Source: a virus. From it: DNA of 64,000 nucleotides. The stretch lies in the IMG/VR virus record IMGVR_UViG_3300031688_000003, positions 55,272 through 119,271 of that record; one strand, 5' to 3'. Below are positions 40,523 through 50,079 of the stretch, piece after piece. Made by a program: the position numbers and the translations under genes. The stretch's first letter is position 1, and every line of letters starts with the position of its first letter. The notes under the pieces were generated by a model, which was not told the origin of the DNA, did no database searches, and saw nothing but the letters and a program-made list of their open reading frames with translations.

Positions 40523-42382
40523 CTAGCTAATTTCACACGCACCTCCTGCACAAGCTAACTCACCTTTAAGATCAGTATTATCTTCTATTTCAACTACATT
40601 ATCTAGATTAATATCCATTAGAGATTTTATTAATTCATTATATTTCTCTTCTGTAATGTCTTCAAATGGAGCTTGAATATATGTTCCACCATCATAGGGT
40701 AAGACAGCTAAACCATTATAGTGTTCTCTGTTATCCCACATCCATTTTCCAGCAGCATCCCATTCATGATCTCTTAAAGAAATAGTAGCAGATACATTAT
40801 GAGTATTTGATCCTGCTCTATGTCCAGTGTTAACCCATTCAGTAGCAACTTTTTTAACTCTTTCAAGTAATTGAAAAGGTGACTCAGTTCTAAGTATAGA
40901 ACCTTTAGGTGCCATTTGTGGAATACTAATACATGCAGTATCATGAGGTCTAAAGTAATCATCTTCTAATAACTCTGGATGATTGATGCTTAAGTAATTA
41001 TAGATTGATTCATTTTTACCTACACGCATTCTTCTGATGTAGAAATCATTATGCCAAGCATGAATACCTGAACTTGTACCTAATGTTAATGATGTAGTAC
41101 CTGCAGGTTTAACGCATGTTGTCCTTGCTGCTTTGTTTATCCCTATCAGTTTTGCTACTCTTGAGTTTTCTCTCTTTACTATACTTGCAGCTTCCTTCAT
41201 ATCCAGCTGGAGCACAGCGGCACTCCCTATTCCTGTCATTGACACACCTATAAGTGCGTCCTTCTCTGTTGTGCTTTGCCATATCTCTCTTAAATAATGA
41301 AAATTAGTATAACCTGCTTGAAGTGTACCAATGAATGCAGCCATTTTAACTCTTTCATTTAGATCCTCTTGTGATTCTATGTTTGAAACATTTACTTCAC
41401 ATAGATTACAGAACTGATATGGTCTTAATGCAATTTCACAACACGGATTTGTTCCCCAATCCTTATCATTGTTTAAATATATACCTGGTTCACCCGCTCC
41501 AGATAACTCAACACGTTTCCATAAGTTCATGAAGAATTCTTTAGTTATTTTATGTCTCATTAATACTGCAGAGTTGTTTGATCTACCTCTTTGTGGATTT
41601 TTTTCCCACCAGTCTCCAGTTTTACATGAAATCATTTCTTCATCATGAGCACTAAACAAACTAATCAAAGCTGCTCTTCTAATACCACCAGCTAATACAG
41701 CATCAGCAATATGGCAAACCATATCATGAACTTCTAAACTAGACAACTGACTACCATCATCTTTAGAATCTAACAGACCTTCAAGCTTTAATAAACATTC
41801 TTTAAGTGGTTGAGGTCCAGGAGCCTTACCACCTGATGTTACTAATCTTGCACCCTTTGCTCTAATGTCAGAATAGTCAAATACAACTTTAGATGACCTA
41901 CCATTAAGATAAGACTTAATTAATACTTTAACAGCATCAGCCCATCCTTCAATTGAGTCTCCAATTAAATATCTTTTAAATCTTTTATCATATGGTTTGT
42001 TAATAGGAGGTAATTTATTAACATGATGTTGTTGAACAGAATAACCAACACCTGTACCACCTAATAGTAAAAACATAGTTTCACTAAATGAGTGAATATT
42101 ATCTATAGGAAGATAAGCACAGTTATAAACTCTATTAGGGCTTATTTCAATAGGTTTACCACCAAATTGCATTGACCTCATTGATGGTAAAACTTTTTTA
42201 TCATATACAAATTTATATGCTTTAGTAATTTCTTCAACTATACCTGGATATTTCTTTATATGCATAGCTTTGTTTCTGTCAACTAACTCACTCCATGTCT
42301 CTCTTCTTTGTACTTCTGGTAAATATTTTGCGTATTTCATATGGACAGTAATGTCACTCAGAATTTTGTTACTTAAATTCAT
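40523..42382 (-). CDS. nrdJ: Class II (adenosylcobalamin-dependent, monomeric type) ribonucleotide reductase
   Basis: LPSMRSMQFGG, YNCAY, TNPCCEI (radical Cys loop), CNLCEVN, TCVKPAGTTSL, C-terminal CAGGACEIS redox pair; no beta subunit nearby. Confidence 0.92.
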   Translation of the reverse strand: MNLSNKILSDITVHMKYAKYLPEVQRRETWSELVDRNKAMHIKKYPGIVEEITKAYKFVYDKKVLPSMRSMQFGGKPIEISPNRVYNCAYLPIDNIHSFSETMFLLLGGTGVGYSVQQHHVNKLPPINKPYDKRFKRYLIGDSIEGWADAVKVLIKSYLNGRSSKVVFDYSDIRAKGARLVTSGGKAPGPQPLKECLLKLEGLLDSKDDGSQLSSLEVHDMVCHIADAVLAGGIRRAALISLFSAHDEEMISCKTGDWWEKNPQRGRSNNSAVLMRHKITKEFFMNLWKRVELSGAGEPGIYLNNDKDWGTNPCCEIALRPYQFCNLCEVNVSNIESQEDLNERVKMAAFIGTLQAGYTNFHYLREIWQSTTEKDALIGVSMTGIGSAAVLQLDMKEAASIVKRENSRVAKLIGINKAARTTCVKPAGTTSLTLGTSSGIHAWHNDFYIRRMRVGKNESIYNYLSINHPELLEDDYFRPHDTACISIPQMAPKGSILRTESPFQLLERVKKVATEWVNTGHRAGSNTHNVSATISLRDHEWDAAGKWMWDNREHYNGLAVLPYDGGTYIQAPFEDITEEKYNELIKSLMDINLDNVVEIEDNTDLKGELACAGGACEIS

Positions 42383-42514
42383 ATTTTGATTGGTTTTAAT
42401 AAAAGGATTAATAATTCCCTGTTAAGGGTAGATACAAGATAAATAAAATATCTTAAATTTTATAGTATATGCATGAACAAATTCACACGTTTTTAATTTT
42501 AAATGTAATATTCT

Positions 42515-42528
42515 TTTTGTATATTGTA
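42515..42528 (+). promoter_or_regulatory. Putative late promoter motif (TTTTGTATATTGTA) in the divergent nrdJ/late intergenic region
   Basis: 12/14 match to TTTAGTATATTATA; a minus-strand TACTTTTG at 42538-42545 could serve nrdJ. Confidence 0.4.
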
Positions 42529-42578
42529 TATATACTACAAAAGTATAATAATATTTATAAATAAAAAAATTTAAAACC

Positions 42579-42896
42579 ATGAGTTATAGTTTAATTAAAA
42601 AATACAACTGGACTTACTTTGCAGAGAAAATTCTTAATGCTTTAACAGGATCAAAAAATACTTATATGGCAAATATAGCTGCAGGTGAAACTGAAATGCT
42701 TCCAATAGCTTTTAGATCTATTTCTATAATGAATACACATGCAACAAATACTATTAAAGTTCAAAATTCTACACAAAATATCATTCTTCCTGCACTTACT
42801 ACAGTAACTTTTGATGCAGTTCAAGGCTCTCTCTATTCTGGAGATATAACAATTATAACAGGATTTGGTACAGCAATTGTAGCAGGAACATATTAA
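42579..42896 (+). CDS. Small beta-rich putative structural protein
   Basis: 105-aa ORF with A-rich start context (AAAACCATG), first gene of the late block. Confidence 0.5.
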   Translation: MSYSLIKKYNWTYFAEKILNALTGSKNTYMANIAAGETEMLPIAFRSISIMNTHATNTIKVQNSTQNIILPALTTVTFDAVQGSLYSGDITIITGFGTAIVAGTY

Positions 42897-42907
42897 AACA
42901 TTTTTGA

Positions 42908-43672
42908 ATGGCAACTAATATTAATACACAAAAGGTTTTATCAAGAAGAATATCTGGAATTGATGGAATAGGTGGTGCAATAGCTTTCACAGATAAGTAT
43001 TCAATAAGTTTTGATGGAAGTAATGAATATCTTGCTTTGTCTTCAGTTCCATTATTAGGTACACTTGGTACAGGAGATTTTAGCATATCTTTATGGGTTA
43101 ATGTTACTAATCTTACTGGACAAGGAAATCAAAGACTCGTTACATTTGGAGCAGGAGGATCATATCAAACTGCTATGGCTGTTAATAATACTGGTAATTT
43201 AACTTTTTCTGGACCATGGAGTGATCAATTTGCTTGGGGAGGAACAGCTGGAAATTGGAGACATGTGATATATAGAGTAAATAGACAATCAATTTCTAAT
43301 AATGTAGGTTTTGCTGTAGATGGAATAATATATGACAATAAAAACGTTAATACTACAGGAATCACTTTTGATACTACTGGTAATGGATACATTGGTAGAA
43401 ACGCAGGATCATTTAATTTTGCAGGAAATATAGATGAGATTGCTGTTTGGACTAAATACCTTACTAACGCAGAGTGTGTAGAAATATATAATTCTGGAGT
43501 TCCTACTGATTTACAGGCATCAAGTGTTTCAGCTAATTTACAAAGCTGGTGGAGAATGGGTGATCCTGGAGGGCCTGGTTCTTATCCTACTATTGTAGAT
43601 CAGGAATCAGGAAATAATGCTACAATGACAAATATGCTAGGTGCAAATATAACTACTAATGTACCAACATAA
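42908..43672 (+). CDS. LamG/concanavalin A-like domain protein, putative tail fibre or receptor-binding protein
   Basis: FDGSNEY, FSISLWVN, WRHVIY, FAGNIDEIAVWTKYLTNAECVEIYN and WWRMGD match the Laminin_G_3 pattern. Confidence 0.8.
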   Translation: MATNINTQKVLSRRISGIDGIGGAIAFTDKYSISFDGSNEYLALSSVPLLGTLGTGDFSISLWVNVTNLTGQGNQRLVTFGAGGSYQTAMAVNNTGNLTFSGPWSDQFAWGGTAGNWRHVIYRVNRQSISNNVGFAVDGIIYDNKNVNTTGITFDTTGNGYIGRNAGSFNFAGNIDEIAVWTKYLTNAECVEIYNSGVPTDLQASSVSANLQSWWRMGDPGGPGSYPTIVDQESGNNATMTNMLGANITTNVPT

Positions 43673-44721
43673 TGAGAAAATTAATCCTAATATTATTTTT
43701 ATTAATATCTTATACTACTGTTGCTCAAGATAAATGGAAGGAGTTTTGTAAGAAAACATTTAAGTTTTCTACATTTTACGCTGCAGTCAATGGAGGGACA
43801 TCAATTTCAGATGTAGATAGATACTCAATCACTAACGGTTTAGAAACAGAAATAGTTAAAACACCATATGATTACGCTATAACGTTAGGGATAAGAAAAA
43901 TAGCTAGATTTGGATATGAGAATAAAGCCAATACATTTTACGATGGAACAGAAAACTCTTGGTCTGATGCTGCTACAATAGGTAAGAGGGATGGTTTAGA
44001 ATTTCTTTTTGAGATAGATTTACGAAGATTACAAGGACAAGACTACTTAGACCAACATCATTTTTTAAGGTATGTTGCTCCTGACTGGATTACGAAGATT
44101 GAATATTTACAGAATGGATTTGCAGATATACAATATTTTGAAGCATCAGAAAGATATAGATATAAACTCAATAATAAGCTTTCTTTTAACATAGGGAGTG
44201 CTCAAAGGATAGCAGAACCTTATGGATATGATCCTTTAGAGGAATGGTTGCTATCAAATGGCAACTTACATTATACGTATTTAGCTATAGAAGAGGGTTA
44301 TAATTATAATTTATATGCAAATGAATATAGTGACCCTAGTGGTAATATAGTTGCTACTAGCAGTGAGGTATGGAAAGAATTAATAATACCTGTAGTTCTT
44401 TCAGATTATTCTGAGAAGAAACGGAATGAATTAAAAAGACAATGGACATACTCTGTAGTCCTGGGTGCAGATTACTATTATTATAAGAAGGATAAATGGT
44501 TACATGCTTGGGGTAATTTAATGCCTTATCATTATGATGAAGGTAACGAATATTCCTATCACAATTATGTAGATGGTCAATGGTTAGATTACTCTGGAGG
44601 ACTTATATTAGGTTATAAAATTACTAAGAGTTTAGGATTCTTTGTAGAGGGTAAATATAACAAGTATTGGAACAAAGAATGGTATGATTTTAAATTTGGA
44701 CTTAACTACATAATACTATAA
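43672..44721 (+). CDS. Exported protein with signal peptide, probable outer-membrane beta-barrel
   Basis: MRKLILILFLLISYTTVA|Q signal; alternating aromatic beta-strands ending WYDFKFGLNYIIL. Confidence 0.6.
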   Translation: MRKLILILFLLISYTTVAQDKWKEFCKKTFKFSTFYAAVNGGTSISDVDRYSITNGLETEIVKTPYDYAITLGIRKIARFGYENKANTFYDGTENSWSDAATIGKRDGLEFLFEIDLRRLQGQDYLDQHHFLRYVAPDWITKIEYLQNGFADIQYFEASERYRYKLNNKLSFNIGSAQRIAEPYGYDPLEEWLLSNGNLHYTYLAIEEGYNYNLYANEYSDPSGNIVATSSEVWKELIIPVVLSDYSEKKRNELKRQWTYSVVLGADYYYYKKDKWLHAWGNLMPYHYDEGNEYSYHNYVDGQWLDYSGGLILGYKITKSLGFFVEGKYNKYWNKEWYDFKFGLNYIIL

Positions 44722-44723
44722 TT

Positions 44724-44737
44724 TTTAGTATATTATA
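44724..44737 (+). promoter_or_regulatory. Putative late promoter motif TTTAGTATATTATA
   Basis: Intergenic, identical to 7249-7262. Confidence 0.45.
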
Positions 44738-44742
44738 TATAT

Positions 44743-44988
44743 ATGGTTAAGCACAGTAAACATTACTATGATACTACAAGGAATTTATCATATGAAACAA
44801 TTAAAAAAAATAAAAAAATGAATTGGATTAATAGTTGGAACACTGGAAATAAGAAGTTAAAATATGAAATTGAAATAAGAATAGGTAAAATAACTATTTT
44901 AGACATTAAAGCATGTCTTTTTTGTGATGTAGATTGTGCTGCAAAGAGGTTTAGATTTATTGTATTCAATCTTGGATTTGAGATATAA
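44743..44988 (+). CDS. Small hypothetical protein (true start may be ATG 44818)
   Basis: ORF coupled to the next gene by TAATG; in-frame ATG at 44818 has an A-rich leader. Confidence 0.5.
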   Translation: MVKHSKHYYDTTRNLSYETIKKNKKMNWINSWNTGNKKLKYEIEIRIGKITILDIKACLFCDVDCAAKRFRFIVFNLGFEI

Positions 44989-45134
44989 TGAGTAGAAGAT
45001 TAAATGTAAAACCTAACATGGCGAGAGCATTGCAAAATGCTGCTGGTAGAAATGTTAGACCTAAACCTGTACTAAGAAATGGTGGCAGACCACTACCTGT
45101 TAAAAAAGTAGGTGGTTGTGGATGTGGAAAGTAA
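44988..45134 (+). CDS. Small basic protein with two GG motifs (48 aa, not in ORF track)
   Basis: MSRRLNVKPNMARALQNAAGRNVRPKPVLRNGGRPLPVKKVGGCGCGK; start overlaps the previous stop (TAATG). Confidence 0.65.
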   Translation: MSRRLNVKPNMARALQNAAGRNVRPKPVLRNGGRPLPVKKVGGCGCGK

Positions 45135-45140
45135 TTGAAA

Positions 45141-45281
45141 ATGGGTAAAAAAGTATGTTGGAAATATGGTAAAGGAAAATATTGTGGTACTTTAATTCCT
45201 AGTAAGGAAACAAAGACACATAGATATGCTAGAACTGAGAATGGTAAAATAAAATCTTTACCTAAAAAGAAAAAAAAATGA
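45141..45281 (+). CDS. Small Lys-rich protein (46 aa, not in ORF track)
   Basis: MGKKVCWKYGKGKYCGTLIPSKETKTHRYARTENGKIKSLPKKKKK; its TGA overlaps the next ATG. Confidence 0.65.
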   Translation: MGKKVCWKYGKGKYCGTLIPSKETKTHRYARTENGKIKSLPKKKKK

Positions 45282-45562
45282 CAAAAGAATTAAGTGAAGA
45301 TACAGCAATCAAATTAAGTATAAAAACCTTAGGGGGAATTGCTACACTAATTGCTATACTAGTTGGGATGTGGTTTAATTTACACGGTGAGATTGCAGAG
45401 GCTAAAACTCTTCCAGCTCCAGTACCACCAGACGTAAGTAGAATGGAATTTGATATGAAAGATCAAAACATCAGGTTGTCTATTGAAAATACTGAAAAAG
45501 CTGTTGATGACTTAAAAAACAGATTAATTAGAATGGAAGATAAATTAGATAAGCTACGATGA
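45278..45562 (+). CDS. Small membrane protein (one TM helix plus coiled coil)
   Basis: TLGGIATLIAILVGMWF hydrophobic helix, C-terminal heptad pattern. Confidence 0.6.
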   Translation: MTKELSEDTAIKLSIKTLGGIATLIAILVGMWFNLHGEIAEAKTLPAPVPPDVSRMEFDMKDQNIRLSIENTEKAVDDLKNRLIRMEDKLDKLR

Positions 45563-45909
45563 AAGTTATTTGGAGAATATTTACTGGGTATTTATTAATA
45601 TTATTATTTTTAATATTTAGTTCAAATGTCTCAGGTCAAATTGTAGTAACTCATTTTAATGCTGCCTGGAATGATCCTAATAAAGTAAGTTACATTGGAG
45701 ATCTAACAGACTGTGATATAGTTTATGTTGATATAGCAGTAGCACCAAAACTACAAACTAAACATAAAATAGTAGTAGTACCAACTGTTATTATCTATAA
45801 AGATGGAGAAGAACAAAAAAGATACCAAGCTGACATATCATTTAGTATGAAAGCTACAAGAAAAGAAATGCAAGATTATATTGACGAATTATTAATGGAA
45901 GACTTCTAA
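45559..45909 (+). CDS. Exported thioredoxin-fold protein lacking CxxC
   Basis: Signal/TM segment ending VSG|Q; VVTHFNAAWN where FxAxWCxxC is expected; cis-Pro motif VVPTVIIYKDGEEQKR. Confidence 0.7.
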   Translation: MKVIWRIFTGYLLILLFLIFSSNVSGQIVVTHFNAAWNDPNKVSYIGDLTDCDIVYVDIAVAPKLQTKHKIVVVPTVIIYKDGEEQKRYQADISFSMKATRKEMQDYIDELLMEDF

Positions 45910-48359
45910 TGAAAAACTTACTAATATTATTATTATTACCATTAAGTATATTTGCTCAAGACTCATGGGTAAATTTTAAAGTTCAGTATGATTTTTATGC
46001 ACCACAAGAAGCTAACTTCTTTATGGTAGAAGATACAGTATCAGGGGATACAGTAATGTTTCATCAACCTACAGTAGGTTATGAATATTTAGACACAGTA
46101 ATTAATATAAACTCAGGTAACTATGTTGTTACATTAACAGATAATTTTGGAGATGGTTGGGTTTCAAATCAACCAGCTTGGTTTAAAATGAGTAATGATT
46201 GTCAGGGAGCAATATTAGATTATACACCTTTAACACAGGCTTTCTTTACTCTAGATACTTTAGTAAATATATGGCCATGTGCTCCACCTCAACCACTAGG
46301 ACCTCTAGTACCTACTAACATTATAATTAACTTAGATCAATTTACACCAGAAACCTCTTGGGATATACAAGATTCAAACGGTATTGTATATGCATCTGGA
46401 TCAGGATATGGCTCACTTGCAGCTTACTCTGTAGTAGATACAATAGTAGAGATACCTAAAGGATCATTAAAATTTAACATATATGATTTATATGGTGATG
46501 GTTTAGAAGGTTCTGCATGGCAAGGTGCTGATGGTTCTTATTTTGTAAAACAATGTAATGATACACTAGTGTATGGTACAGATCCAGCTTTTGGTTTTGA
46601 TACTATACACTGTTTTGTTTCTGACTCATGTCCACCTATACTAGGTTGTACAGATGATGACTATTTAGAATATGATTACTATGCTGATATAGATGATGGG
46701 AGTTGTCTTACATTAAAAGTATATGGATGTACTGATATTTCTATGTATAATTTTGATGCTTTAGCTAACACAATGGATATGTTAGATGAATGTGAGTTTA
46801 CTCTTATCCTACATGACCTTATAGGAAATGGATGGGTGGGATCTTATTTACAATTATTTACTCCAGATACATCATATATTTTTACACACACTTCTGGATT
46901 TACTGATATTTATCAAGTAACTATAACATCTCCTGACCCTATATCATTTGTATTTAGTATAGATCCTTTAGCACAGGCTACAACAATAGAATGTGGATTT
47001 ACTTTAATTAATCCAGATGGAGATACTATGATTAATATCCAACCTCCTTTTATTACTCCTTCTTTTGTTTATCCTTTGATTACTGCTTGTGGTAATGAAT
47101 GTGTAGAAATGGTTTATGGATGCACATATACTAATGCAATTAACTATGATTCATTAGCTAACACAGATGATGTTAGTTGTTACTATAACCCAGGGTGTAC
47201 TAACCCTGTCTACTTAGAGTATAATGCTAATTACGATCAAGAAGATGGTTCTTGCAGTACTTTAGTTGTAATAGGCTGTATGGATTCTACAGCATTTAAT
47301 TATGTAGATACAGCAAACACAGAACTACCTAACTCATGTATAGCAGTTGTTGAAGGATGTATGCAAGCTTTAGCTTTTAATTATAATGTGAATGCTAACA
47401 CATCAGATACTTGTATTGCTATTGTTTATGGGTGTATGAGCCAATTAGCATTAAATTATGACTCAGTAGCAAATGTAGATGACAATAGTTGTATAGGGAT
47501 TGTTTATGGGTGTATTGATACATTAGCATTCAATTTCTCTCCTATGGCTAATGTTGATGACGGAGGGTGTATTCCTGTTATATATGGTTGTATTAATCCA
47601 ATTATGTTTAACTTTGACAATAGTGCTAACACTAATGATGGAACTTGTATTCCTTTTATTTATGGTTGTACTGACTCAACAATGTTTAATTTTAATCCCT
47701 TAGCTAATGCAGATAATAATACTTGCAATCCTTTTGTTTATGGTTGCACTGACCCAAGTGCCCTTAACTTTAATCCGTCTGCAAATACAGAAGATTTTAA
47801 TTGTGTTACTTATATGTATGGTTGTATGGATGCAACTGCTTTTAACTATGATACGTTGGCTAATACTGATAATGGTTCATGTGTGGCTATTGTTGAAGGG
47901 TGTGTGGATCAAACAGCGTTTAATTATAATTCAAGTGTTAATGTGGTTGATAGTTTGTCTTGTTTATATAGTGCTAATTGTATTACTGGTGACAGTATTC
48001 CGTATTGGTTGAATGATCCTTGCTATGCTTGGGTAATAGATGTAGATGACTATTGTTGTGATAATGAATGGGATGATATTTGTCAATTAACATATGATTA
48101 CTGTAATAGTTCATGGGTTGGTAATCAACCTGAATCTAGAACAATAAGTGATAATATTAATCTATATCCTAATCCTACTACAGGAGTAGTTAATTTCTCT
48201 GTAAATGTAGACATAAGTGTCTTCAATACGTTAGGAGAAGAGTTAATACATGAAATAAATGTTAAATCAATAGATTTATCATCTTTTAGCAAAGGTATTT
48301 ACCATTTTGCTATTAAATATCAAAATAAATTTGTAAATTATAATATAGTGAAGAACTAA
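45909..48359 (+). CDS. Secreted Cys-rich repeat protein with a type IX secretion (Por) C-terminal sorting domain
   Basis: MKNLLILLLLPLSIFA|Q signal; about 13 GC(T/M)D..A.N(Y/F)...AN.DDGSC repeats; C-terminal LYPNP...VFNTLGE...IDLSSFSKGIY (TIGR04183-type pattern). Confidence 0.85.
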   Translation: MKNLLILLLLPLSIFAQDSWVNFKVQYDFYAPQEANFFMVEDTVSGDTVMFHQPTVGYEYLDTVININSGNYVVTLTDNFGDGWVSNQPAWFKMSNDCQGAILDYTPLTQAFFTLDTLVNIWPCAPPQPLGPLVPTNIIINLDQFTPETSWDIQDSNGIVYASGSGYGSLAAYSVVDTIVEIPKGSLKFNIYDLYGDGLEGSAWQGADGSYFVKQCNDTLVYGTDPAFGFDTIHCFVSDSCPPILGCTDDDYLEYDYYADIDDGSCLTLKVYGCTDISMYNFDALANTMDMLDECEFTLILHDLIGNGWVGSYLQLFTPDTSYIFTHTSGFTDIYQVTITSPDPISFVFSIDPLAQATTIECGFTLINPDGDTMINIQPPFITPSFVYPLITACGNECVEMVYGCTYTNAINYDSLANTDDVSCYYNPGCTNPVYLEYNANYDQEDGSCSTLVVIGCMDSTAFNYVDTANTELPNSCIAVVEGCMQALAFNYNVNANTSDTCIAIVYGCMSQLALNYDSVANVDDNSCIGIVYGCIDTLAFNFSPMANVDDGGCIPVIYGCINPIMFNFDNSANTNDGTCIPFIYGCTDSTMFNFNPLANADNNTCNPFVYGCTDPSALNFNPSANTEDFNCVTYMYGCMDATAFNYDTLANTDNGSCVAIVEGCVDQTAFNYNSSVNVVDSLSCLYSANCITGDSIPYWLNDPCYAWVIDVDDYCCDNEWDDICQLTYDYCNSSWVGNQPESRTISDNINLYPNPTTGVVNFSVNVDISVFNTLGEELIHEINVKSIDLSSFSKGIYHFAIKYQNKFVNYNIVKN
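47115..47963 (+). repeat. Eleven tandem Cys-pair protein repeats of about 25-27 aa (YGCxD..AxNY/F...AN.DDGxC)
   Basis: Counted in the translation; two further dispersed copies lie near 46640-46790; DNA copies are diverged. Confidence 0.85.
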
Positions 48360-48374
48360 ATAAAATTAAATACC

Positions 48375-49100
48375 ATGGCAACATACAATATAACATCTAA
48401 ATTAACACTTACTGGGCAAGGGGTAAGTTCAGATGTACTAAATCAAACAAATACACAAACCTTCAACGTTACACAACCTACAGTTGAATCTGGAGCTTTA
48501 GATCTTTCTACATCTAAAACTACATTAGGTACAATGGATGGTATAAAGAACACTGGTACTACATATCTTTATCTTAAGAATACTGGATCAGCTACTCAAG
48601 GAACTGCAGAAATAGGTGTAGACACTGAAACTCAAGGAATAGCATTTCTTGCCTTTATTGGAAACCCTGCAAATGCTGGAACAATTACTCTTATATCTAC
48701 AGATTTAACATCTAAAGTTTATACAGCTGCTGCTGCTGAAAATTTAACAAACAATGAATTTAAAAGTACAGGTAGTATTACTCAAGTAGCAGAATCATTA
48801 CAAAAGTGTATACAAGCTAGTACAGGTCATGCAGGTAAGATTGTTGTATCATCTTTAGTAGGAGTATTAACCTTAACTCAAGCTAAAGGAGGTAGTACTG
48901 GGAATTCTGCTATTACTGTTACGACAACATCTACAGTTTCTTCTGCTGTTTTTACTGGAGGAGGTAGTAATGTACGAAATAAAATGGTAGTATTAAAACC
49001 AGGGCAATTTACAACAATACCAGTTGCAAAAAATGTAGATCTTTCACTATCTAGTTCTTTAACAACAACATGTGAATACGGTTGGTGGACACTTGTATAA
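48375..49100 (+). CDS. Putative structural protein, paralog of 49122-49493 with an internal insertion
   Basis: Shared MAT start, (V/I)ESG(A/T)L, YLY.(K/R)NTG and terminal EY/EF blocks. Confidence 0.6.
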   Translation: MATYNITSKLTLTGQGVSSDVLNQTNTQTFNVTQPTVESGALDLSTSKTTLGTMDGIKNTGTTYLYLKNTGSATQGTAEIGVDTETQGIAFLAFIGNPANAGTITLISTDLTSKVYTAAAAENLTNNEFKSTGSITQVAESLQKCIQASTGHAGKIVVSSLVGVLTLTQAKGGSTGNSAITVTTTSTVSSAVFTGGGSNVRNKMVVLKPGQFTTIPVAKNVDLSLSSSLTTTCEYGWWTLV

Positions 49101-49121
49101 CAATTAAATAAATAAAAAAAA

Positions 49122-49493
49122 ATGGCAACTATTAACTCTCAAATAATTTTATCTGGAGCTGGAATAACTTCAGAACCTTTATTAATAAATCATACTTCAA
49201 CATTAGTTGTAAGAAATCCTGCAATTGAATCAGGTACTTTAAATGTAACTACAACAGCAGCTACTTTAGTACCTACAAATGCAAGTAAAGTATATCTATA
49301 TGCAAGAAATACTGGTGCAATAAATACTGCTGATAGTATAAATATAAAAACAATAGGTGGTACAAATATTATAGAGTTAGCACCAAGTGATTGGTGTTTT
49401 CTTCCTATTGAACAAAATTTAGGGTTAGATGTTGAATCTGTTACTGCATCAGGAATAAGTACAATTGAATTTTCTTATTTTACAGCAGCATAA
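49122..49493 (+). CDS. Putative small beta-rich structural protein
   Basis: 123-aa ORF, paralog of the upstream gene. Confidence 0.6.
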   Translation: MATINSQIILSGAGITSEPLLINHTSTLVVRNPAIESGTLNVTTTAATLVPTNASKVYLYARNTGAINTADSINIKTIGGTNIIELAPSDWCFLPIEQNLGLDVESVTASGISTIEFSYFTAA

Positions 49494-49684
49494 TGGCTAA
49501 AAAATTTATGGGTATTAATCCTGATCATAAAGGATATTGTACTCCAATGACTAAAGCAACTTGTACACCAAGACGTAAAGCTTTAGCTAAAAGGTTAAAA
49601 CCAGGAGGAGATTTATATAAAGGAAGTATGGGTGGATCAATGATAGAAGGATTAAAAATGAGAAAAAAATTTAATAAAATATAA
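49493..49684 (+). CDS. Small basic protein
   Basis: 63 aa, Lys/Arg-rich, CTPMTKATC, contains SMGG; coupled by TAATG at both ends. Confidence 0.6.
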   Translation: MAKKFMGINPDHKGYCTPMTKATCTPRRKALAKRLKPGGDLYKGSMGGSMIEGLKMRKKFNKI

Positions 49685-50079
49685 TGGCAAATATATTAGG
49701 AAAAATATTTTCAGCAGGTGCAGGTGAACTTGTTAAAAGTGTAGGAGGAGTTATAGATAACCTTCATACATCTAAAGATGAAAAGCTAGCAGCTGAATTA
49801 AAAGTAAAAGAGCTTATAGCTAAGTATGAGACTGATATGGAGAAAGAAATATCTAGCAGATGGTCAGCTGATATGGCTTCTGACTCTTGGTTAAGTAAAA
49901 ATGTCAGACCGTTAGTATTAATATTCTTAGTAGTAGCTACAGTGCTATTAATATTTATTGATGCTGGAGTAATAAATTTTGTAGTAGAAGCTAAATGGAC
50001 TGACCTACTGCAGTTAGTATTAATAACAGTGATAGGTGCCTACTTTGGTGGCCGTTCACTAGAAAAAACCAAAAAATAA
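49684..50079 (+). CDS. Holin (3TM gene-transfer-agent-type family)
   Basis: RWSADMASDSWLSKNVRPLVL...TM...TM...YFGGRSLEK is the characteristic pattern. Confidence 0.8.
   Translation: MANILGKIFSAGAGELVKSVGGVIDNLHTSKDEKLAAELKVKELIAKYETDMEKEISSRWSADMASDSWLSKNVRPLVLIFLVVATVLLIFIDAGVINFVVEAKWTDLLQLVLITVIGAYFGGRSLEKTKK

Noticed and set aside
40516-40546. GGAGGTGC/GCACCTTC hairpin over the nrdJ stop as a bidirectional terminator
   Set aside because: 15-nt loop, no U-tract on either strand, and half of the stem is coding sequence for the conserved CAGGAC motif
45278-50079. Complete lysis cassette (holin, endolysin, spanins)
   Set aside because: Only the holin is supported; no free endolysin or lipoprotein spanin is recognisable, and the lysozyme-like module is embedded in a virion protein
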